From: a virus
Virus record (IMG/VR): IMGVR_UViG_3300033142_000925
Location: 16,784 to 80,783 of that record
Length of the DNA stretch: 64,000 nucleotides
Reading direction: 5' to 3' (one strand)
Shown: one piece after another, positions 58,749-64,000 of the stretch
Numbering within the stretch: the stretch's first letter is position 1
Layout of the letters: every line of letters begins with the position of its first letter
Translations under genes and position numbers: made by a program
The notes under the pieces: generated by a model
What the model saw: the letters and a program-made list of their open reading frames with translations, nothing else
What the model was told of the DNA's origin: nothing
Database searches by the model: none

Positions 58749-59102
58749 TTAGCCCCATACTCCCACAACCGTCATCCAGAAGAATCCATTATAGAATGCC
58801 GTCATCAAGATGCGCCCGATGGGTGTTTTCTTGTTGATGATCTTCATCCGATCCCCTTCAGTCTTCACATATGCAAACAAAGCTACCAGCAACGCACCGG
58901 CCAGTTGTCCCAGCTTCAAGGGCTGCCAGACCATAGTCAAATCACTTTTCAATATGAGCGCCTGACTTCCTAATACTCCCAGAACCAACATCCCGTATAC
59001 ACCGAACTTGATCATCCATCGCCGGTGTTTTGACTTCGCCTCTTCGATGACTCGTAATCGCTCTTCAAGGACTGCGCGGGGTATTGGTTTCCTTGCGGCC
59101 AT
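58749..59102 (-). CDS. Three-TM membrane protein
   Basis: Three hydrophobic segments; directly after portal. Confidence 0.6.
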   Translation of the reverse strand: MAARKPIPRAVLEERLRVIEEAKSKHRRWMIKFGVYGMLVLGVLGSQALILKSDLTMVWQPLKLGQLAGALLVALFAYVKTEGDRMKIINKKTPIGRILMTAFYNGFFWMTVVGVWG

Positions 59103-60671
59103 CTACTCCACCAATATGCGGAGTGTCCGCTCTTTAGATTTAGTTAGGGTCTGTAATTCCTTCAAAGACTTCTCAGCCTTATCGTCATCTTTTTCCGTTC
59201 TGGTAGAATCTGGTTGTTCGGCGGCCTCTTCAGCCTCCTGACCCTGAGCGCTTTCGCCCTGATCTTCCTGACCAAATCCACCCATTCCCATGCCCTGTTC
59301 AGCCATTTCCTTCTGCTGCTCGGCCTGTTTGTCACCCATGGCCATCTGTACAGCCTGAGCATTCATAGGCATCTCTGACCAGTCTTCTTTGAAAGGGTCG
59401 AGTCCGTCCTCTTCACGGACCTCATCGATTGTTCTCCATCCCATGATCTGCTTGTTTCGGACTTCGGCTTTCTTCTGTTCGTCCTCACGTTCGAGACCGA
59501 CAAACTTAAACCGGTATTTCTGAGTGACCTTCCTGATCACCTTGTTGACGTGTTGTTCTGTGAATCCCAGCATTGAAGCAAGGCCCCGGTCCTTAGAGGA
59601 TTGTATCCGGGGCTCTGCATTCTCACCGATGATCGATGTGCTGTCGTCTGTTTTTATTCCAAGCTCTGCAAGGTCCATCGAGAATACAGCACCCACGAGC
59701 GAAGATACGAACATCATGGTTTTATGATATTCCATATCCTTGTTCGACGTGGACAGGTTCTTGAAGTCGACCCCCACACCGTCCTTTCCACTCGGTAAGA
59801 TAGGGATCGAGAATTGCGCTCCCGATCCGGTCATAGCTGCATACCAATAATTTCGTATGCTATCCAATTGAGGCTTGGCCACATCACCCATGACAGAAAT
59901 GAAACCTTTCGGTACACGGTCCTTAATCAACTGATCCCGGATGTAATTGTATCCAAATAGCAGCGTGGTAATAATGTTGATACACATCTCAACCGGGCTG
60001 TATCCATAACCACGATACTTGACATCAGACCGCTTGAACTTGTAGTCGAATATCAGATTCTCGCTCTTGTACTCTGCATATATTTTCTCATCGATCTTCT
60101 GAACGAAGCGGACCCCTTGGCCCCATCGCTTTTCGTCTATGACGCGTCCGATGGTTGCTCCGTCTAACCCCCAGAACGCCACCGGTTCACCCAGTCTGTT
60201 ATACTGGATTTCCGTGGCGACTTGATCGATTTCATACGTGTCGCGAACCAACATAGAAACATAATCCATGAAGTCGTCTTCACGTTCCCCGTCAAATACG
60301 AATCCAGTCTGCTCTATGAAGTTGGTCAACTCTATTATTTCACTTTCGTTCTCTTTCTCACCTCGGTACTCTTGCGTCCGGTTCTCAATCTCAAATCGAA
60401 AGCCGCGATCATTCTGTTCTGTCGCGTACTTCAGAAAGGGGAGAATCTGGTCCTGTCGGGTATTGATAATTCCATTGATCAACGGCAACTGACCAACAGA
60501 TCGTCTGAGCGTATCAAAGTTAAGTTGAAGTATCCGTTCCCGGACTCCCTGCGCTCCGCCCCAGAGCCATGTCTGGACCCTTGGATCGACGAGTTGACTG
60601 GTAAGTTTTCTGATTGTTGCATCCTCGTTAAAGGATACGGCTGTATTTGATTTCTTCCTTTTTCTTGCCAT
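59103..60671 (-). CDS. Portal protein
   Basis: IINTRQDQI, LVRDTYEIDQ, LDGATI, YGYSPVE, KDMEY, SKDRGL, TIDEVREEDGL.P; start MARKRKK with GGAGG. Confidence 0.93.
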   Translation of the reverse strand: MARKRKKSNTAVSFNEDATIRKLTSQLVDPRVQTWLWGGAQGVRERILQLNFDTLRRSVGQLPLINGIINTRQDQILPFLKYATEQNDRGFRFEIENRTQEYRGEKENESEIIELTNFIEQTGFVFDGEREDDFMDYVSMLVRDTYEIDQVATEIQYNRLGEPVAFWGLDGATIGRVIDEKRWGQGVRFVQKIDEKIYAEYKSENLIFDYKFKRSDVKYRGYGYSPVEMCINIITTLLFGYNYIRDQLIKDRVPKGFISVMGDVAKPQLDSIRNYWYAAMTGSGAQFSIPILPSGKDGVGVDFKNLSTSNKDMEYHKTMMFVSSLVGAVFSMDLAELGIKTDDSTSIIGENAEPRIQSSKDRGLASMLGFTEQHVNKVIRKVTQKYRFKFVGLEREDEQKKAEVRNKQIMGWRTIDEVREEDGLDPFKEDWSEMPMNAQAVQMAMGDKQAEQQKEMAEQGMGMGGFGQEDQGESAQGQEAEEAAEQPDSTRTEKDDDKAEKSLKELQTLTKSKERTLRILVE

Positions 60672-60696
60672 GGGTATCTGGTACCTCCACAACTTG

Positions 60697-60705
60697 ATTA
60701 TAACA
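60697..60705 (-). promoter_or_regulatory. Extended -10 promoter candidate for portal operon
   Basis: TGTTATAAT between terminator and portal RBS. Confidence 0.55.
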
Positions 60706-60733
60706 TGATAGTCCACTCAAACAAAAGGGCATG

Positions 60734-60759
60734 AAAAAGGGGAGCCGTATAGACTCCCC
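60734..60759 (-). terminator. Intrinsic terminator
   Basis: GGGGAGUC-UAUAC-GGCUCCCC-UUUUU. Confidence 0.8.
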
Positions 60760-60812
60760 GGTGGGTTTCCCCAGTGGACTTGTAGCCCACTTAATTTATG
60801 TGAACATCCGTA

Positions 60813-61154
60813 TCAGCCCCCGAAGGGGCTGGGCAAAGGACCTTTCAGTCGGATACCTATGGCTGCCCAATTGGTCATCGCACCCGTTTGATAGGGTCCC
60901 AGAAGTAGCTGGGATTCTCCTATATAGTTGTCGGTTGCAACAGTTGTTTCGTTCGTTTCGATAACGGCTTCCGCATAGACCATATTCGCGAAGTCGTAGT
61001 CCAACGTATCGACGGTTTTGTGATCGGGAAGCATTAAGGCATTAACCGTCAAACCCGTTTCTTCAATGAACTGGTTGACGCCCCCGAACACGGGAAAACA
61101 GACGAGTACGAGTGCCATGATCACAAGGATCAACAGCAACATTCCGTGCTTCAC
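60813..61154 (-). CDS. Secreted/membrane-anchored hypothetical protein
   Basis: Long hydrophobic N-terminus; AGGAGGAGG RBS. Confidence 0.6.
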   Translation of the reverse strand: MKHGMLLLILVIMALVLVCFPVFGGVNQFIEETGLTVNALMLPDHKTVDTLDYDFANMVYAEAVIETNETTVATDNYIGESQLLLGPYQTGAMTNWAAIGIRLKGPLPSPFGG

Positions 61155-61323
61155 TTCATATCCTCCTCCTGTTTTGATCTTAAAGTAAGCAGCGACGCGA
61201 GATTTCCCCGTACACTCGCCCGGTGCATGTTCGCCGCTGTTCCTACGGCCTTCCGCTCCCCTATCGTCCCACGCTGCATTGTTATTACTCTATTCTACAC
61301 CGATAACCTCGTATCACCAAGGG

Positions 61324-61500
61324 TTATCTGCTAACCGATGTGTCCAAAGGTTTCAATGCCATCACAATGAACACACAAAGTGGGGTAAGAAGAATCGTCA
61401 GAAAGAACCAACCTACTGCGCTCCTGTTCTTATTCGACGCAATGATTCCTGCCACGATTCCTGCTACAATCCAAATCACAAACACTGCAAATATTTCCAT
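61324..61500 (-). CDS. Small two-TM membrane protein
   Basis: IASNKNRS..GWFFL..LLTP; start MEIF with AGGAG. Confidence 0.65.
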   Translation of the reverse strand: MEIFAVFVIWIVAGIVAGIIASNKNRSAVGWFFLTILLTPLCVFIVMALKPLDTSVSR

Positions 61501-61551
61501 CTTTCTCTCCTTATACATTTCTCAAATGGGTCTTCGAGGACCCATTTGGAT

Positions 61552-61821
61552 TTATTTCAACACCTTCCGTAAGATGTCACAATTCGGATTTCCGGGACAC
61601 TTCTCAGGGTCCACACCTGTACATCCAATCTCTTTACACACTTCTTCAAATTGGTCAAATGGTAACTCGGGTGTACATTTGGTTTCTTCCTGCAAGGACA
61701 TGCCACACCACGGGCACACCTTAAACGTACTGCCGGTGTATTCCATTCCATGTATCCGGGCGAGGGTCTGCGCGCCGTCTATCTGCGGCATACTCAATTT
61801 CCATTCTTGACAATCACATAT
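61552..61821 (-). CDS. Cys-rich hypothetical protein
   Basis: ICDC..W, FKVCPWCG, CPGNPNC. Confidence 0.55.
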   Translation of the reverse strand: MCDCQEWKLSMPQIDGAQTLARIHGMEYTGSTFKVCPWCGMSLQEETKCTPELPFDQFEEVCKEIGCTGVDPEKCPGNPNCDILRKVLK

Positions 61822-62101
61822 CATAACTTGGCACCTCTGCACCCTCTGAGGTCCATCCCCAGTCTTTCTCTATCACCATCGTGATCCTGAACTCTGGACC
61901 CTTACGAGCCCACTTGTTGATACGAATCCTGAAGACCCGCCTCGGTATCACCGATTCGTACACATACGCTTTATGCCCTTCCTTATCGTCAAGGATCACA
62001 GCGTGGCCCGTGTAAATCGTTCCACCCCGGACCGTCTCGCTCTTATGAATATTGATCAGACAGAAACCATCCACATCGCGCCATATCCCGTCAACATTCA
62101 C
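61814..62101 (-). CDS. Hypothetical protein
   Basis: 95-aa ORF in coupled run. Confidence 0.5.
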   Translation of the reverse strand: MNVDGIWRDVDGFCLINIHKSETVRGGTIYTGHAVILDDKEGHKAYVYESVIPRRVFRIRINKWARKGPEFRITMVIEKDWGWTSEGAEVPSYDM

Positions 62102-62205
62102 CCGTTCTCTCTGAACTTCACAAGCCGATTGACCACCTGATCCACAGCCTTGTCCACTGCTTTCCGTAGTTCCGCATCCTGCTTAATATCAATCGTCAGT
62201 TTCAC
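62098..62205 (-). CDS. 35-aa hypothetical protein (absent from ORF track)
   Basis: GTGA overlaps at both ends, GGAGG RBS; MKLTIDIKQDAELRKAVDKAVDQVVNRLVKFRENG. Confidence 0.45.
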   Translation of the reverse strand: MKLTIDIKQDAELRKAVDKAVDQVVNRLVKFRENG

Positions 62206-63101
62206 ACACCCTCCGCGATCTCTTTCAATTTCTCCCTGCTGGCCACTTCCAAATCCACAGCCTGATCCCATGCAGCCATATCAATATGGTCGGTCACTGC
62301 GTCCTCAACCAGTGCTTCAAGTACTGAAGGTTGAAGCGCATCAAGCTCCCATGACTTCGTTCCGTACAGGTCCGCATAACCTTCGAATCGTGAGTCGGTC
62401 TGCTTGGCTGGATTCTCCGGGGGATTGTACTGCTGGACCTGATCCATATTCAGGGCAATCCGTTCCATGGTAACCGGTATATGTTCTTCGGCTATCCCAT
62501 CGCGCCAGTCCAAGAATGTAGCCATCCGATCAGAAACATCTCGTGTCATATCCATACCTGACGGATCGTGGTCTCCCAGATAAATCAAGTGCAAAACATG
62601 GCCCTCGAAATGTGCCGCCGTGAATCTCTGACTCGCCTCATACAGTGCGCTTTGAGATGAATATCCCCGGTTCGCCATGAACGTCACATCCCATTTGGAA
62701 CACACCGGCTGAATAATATTTGATACGGCATCCTTCTCACACCACACCTCAACGAAATGCTCTTGCGTAAGCCATCTGTTTTCGTAGTAGTTCTTGACTG
62801 CTGCATCAAGGATCTGTCTCGGGCTCTTCCAGTGAGTATTCGACTCGGGCTTCCGCACACGGTCCTCAATCATGGACCAATCGATCATCCCGGCAAGCCG
62901 TCCCTTATTCACTACGCTCCCGATCTTCTTATACTCACTCTGGCTATTCGGTATGAAGTCACCAGCAACCAGTTGATAGTAAAGCTGCCGCAATGTCAGT
63001 ATGTATCCTTGGCTTCTGTAGTCATCCAGAATATCATTTATTGTATCAATCAGATCCAAAGACCTCTGAGTCGGGTTCCAATCTATAAACTTGTCTTCCA
63101 T
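62202..63101 (-). CDS. Topo VI-A/Spo11-like wHTH-Toprim protein
   Basis: LTLRQLYYQLV, VEVWCEKDA, RGYSS, YLGDHDPSG, WELDAL. Confidence 0.8.
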   Translation of the reverse strand: MEDKFIDWNPTQRSLDLIDTINDILDDYRSQGYILTLRQLYYQLVAGDFIPNSQSEYKKIGSVVNKGRLAGMIDWSMIEDRVRKPESNTHWKSPRQILDAAVKNYYENRWLTQEHFVEVWCEKDAVSNIIQPVCSKWDVTFMANRGYSSQSALYEASQRFTAAHFEGHVLHLIYLGDHDPSGMDMTRDVSDRMATFLDWRDGIAEEHIPVTMERIALNMDQVQQYNPPENPAKQTDSRFEGYADLYGTKSWELDALQPSVLEALVEDAVTDHIDMAAWDQAVDLEVASREKLKEIAEGV

Positions 63102-63119
63102 CTCTCCCCCTACCTGAAT

Positions 63120-63530
63120 CTATCGGACAGCCTCCGAACTTCTAACACCGGCCCATGAAGGTTCACACCAGTACCGGCCTTTCTGATCATACGTAAACTC
63201 TGAATACTCTTTCAAAAGTCTCTGACGATCAATCGCACGCTCAGCATGGCGTCTCAATCCTTTTGAATTAGAATACACCGTGAAAGCCTTAAACCGGATC
63301 ACACCATCCGGCTCACACCACACATCCTCAGTACTTTGTGGGGCAGTGTTACAAAAGACCTTAACCTTGTGTGCCCCGTCCTGAGCTAAAATATGCAGAA
63401 TCGTACCCACAACCACTCCACTGAATAACTGCGCACCACTCCGGTACACTTCAATGGATACCGGCATAACTAAATACTCTTCAGGAAAGTATATCGTCAG
63501 CATCCCCGGCTTGATGGGCCATCGACTCAT
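63120..63530 (-). CDS. Hypothetical protein
   Basis: 136-aa ORF with ATGA overlap. Confidence 0.55.
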   Translation of the reverse strand: MSRWPIKPGMLTIYFPEEYLVMPVSIEVYRSGAQLFSGVVVGTILHILAQDGAHKVKVFCNTAPQSTEDVWCEPDGVIRFKAFTVYSNSKGLRRHAERAIDRQRLLKEYSEFTYDQKGRYWCEPSWAGVRSSEAVR

Positions 63531-63829
63531 TCCTTACAATCCGGGCATGACCAAATATGATACCCGTGATAGTACCAACCATACTTCTCAGATCGGTAGT
63601 CAAGCCCGATAGCGTCACAACTCTCGCACTTGACTATACTGACCTTCGAGAAGGCGTTGAAACCCTCAATAAACTTTTTAATCGGTTCGAAGCGTACCTT
63701 CGGATCTGCAACAAGTCTTTTATACATTTGTCTTCGTAGGAAAGCAGATCGCCAGCAAACCCACGCTTTAATAAAGAGTACTTTATGTGCATAATAAGTT
63801 CCCCACTGGAATGCAGTTCTACTCATCAC
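63527..63829 (-). CDS. Zn-finger-like hypothetical protein
   Basis: CESC...GW......CPDC. Confidence 0.55.
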   Translation of the reverse strand: MMSRTAFQWGTYYAHKVLFIKAWVCWRSAFLRRQMYKRLVADPKVRFEPIKKFIEGFNAFSKVSIVKCESCDAIGLDYRSEKYGWYYHGYHIWSCPDCKE

Positions 63830-63837
63830 AGACTCCC

Positions 63838-64000
63838 TTAAAACTTGTAAGCAAGTTCGGCCTCTGGATCACCCAGCGGCGCGTTGTCACTCATCAGGAC
63901 TTCCTCCGAATGCCACTCGATCAGACTCGTAGTCATGAACCCGTCCGGGTAGGTCGGCCCCAGTACTTTGTGAGCGCTGATCTTCATATCACCAAGCGAT
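63838..64000 (-). CDS. Hypothetical protein, 3' fragment
   Basis: Open frame ...MKISAHKVLGPTYPDG...LAYKF* entering from window edge. Confidence 0.4.
   Translation of the reverse strand, partial: SLGDMKISAHKVLGPTYPDGFMTTSLIEWHSEEVLMSDNAPLGDPEAELAYKF

Noticed and set aside
58159-58758. 199-aa alternative-frame ORF over Topo IB
   Set aside because: No motifs; Topo IB frame has all catalytic residues
60760-61100. tmRNA-like fragments (GGGGGCUGAUAC; GCA ACC GAC AAC UAU) and ZTP-riboswitch-like GGAAACCCACCGGGGAG
   Set aside because: No T-arm or CCA acceptor end, wrong element order, missing 3' pseudoknot strand; region is explained by an ORF and terminator
252-63739. All plus-strand ORFs in the track
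   Set aside because: Antisense shadows of well-supported, tightly packed minus-strand genes; no recognisable motifs
1-64000. CRISPR array, tRNA genes, stop-codon recoding, integrase
   Set aside because: No repeat-spacer pattern, cloverleaf or integrase motifs noticed by eye; genes are intact in the standard code

Overview
64 kb segment of a large contractile-tailed (myovirus) phage genome with SPO1/Twort-like virion architecture. All supported genes are on the minus strand. In transcription order (right to left): small accessory genes with a Topo VI-A/Spo11-like Toprim protein; portal; a ~13 kb cluster of putative virion-packaged cargo genes (DNA topoisomerase IB, DUF5661 protein, a 1657-aa InPase-GNAT-kinase-SNF2 polyvalent protein, an ADP-ribosyltransferase, MuF); Com-like Zn-ribbon protein; prohead protease, scaffold and major capsid protein; an ~11 kb cassette of unassigned structural-looking genes; neck; sheath; a tail tube gene split by a 258-nt group I intron; chaperones; tape measure; baseplate; two paralogous tail fibres; holin and an overlapping spanin-like pair. 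A separate replication operon follows (sigma-like factor, initiator with candidate origin, DnaC, DnaB, primase, DUF3102 protein, tubulin/FtsZ-family protein, UvsY-like protein, gp32-like SSB). The most notable signal is a shared 'hydrophobic strand + L-x-K-[AS] + basic beta-hairpin' tag. It recurs at the N-termini of the cargo proteins and at the domain boundaries of the polyprotein, suggesting a load/cleave/eject system run by the prohead protease. All family calls are from motif recognition by eye; no searches were run.
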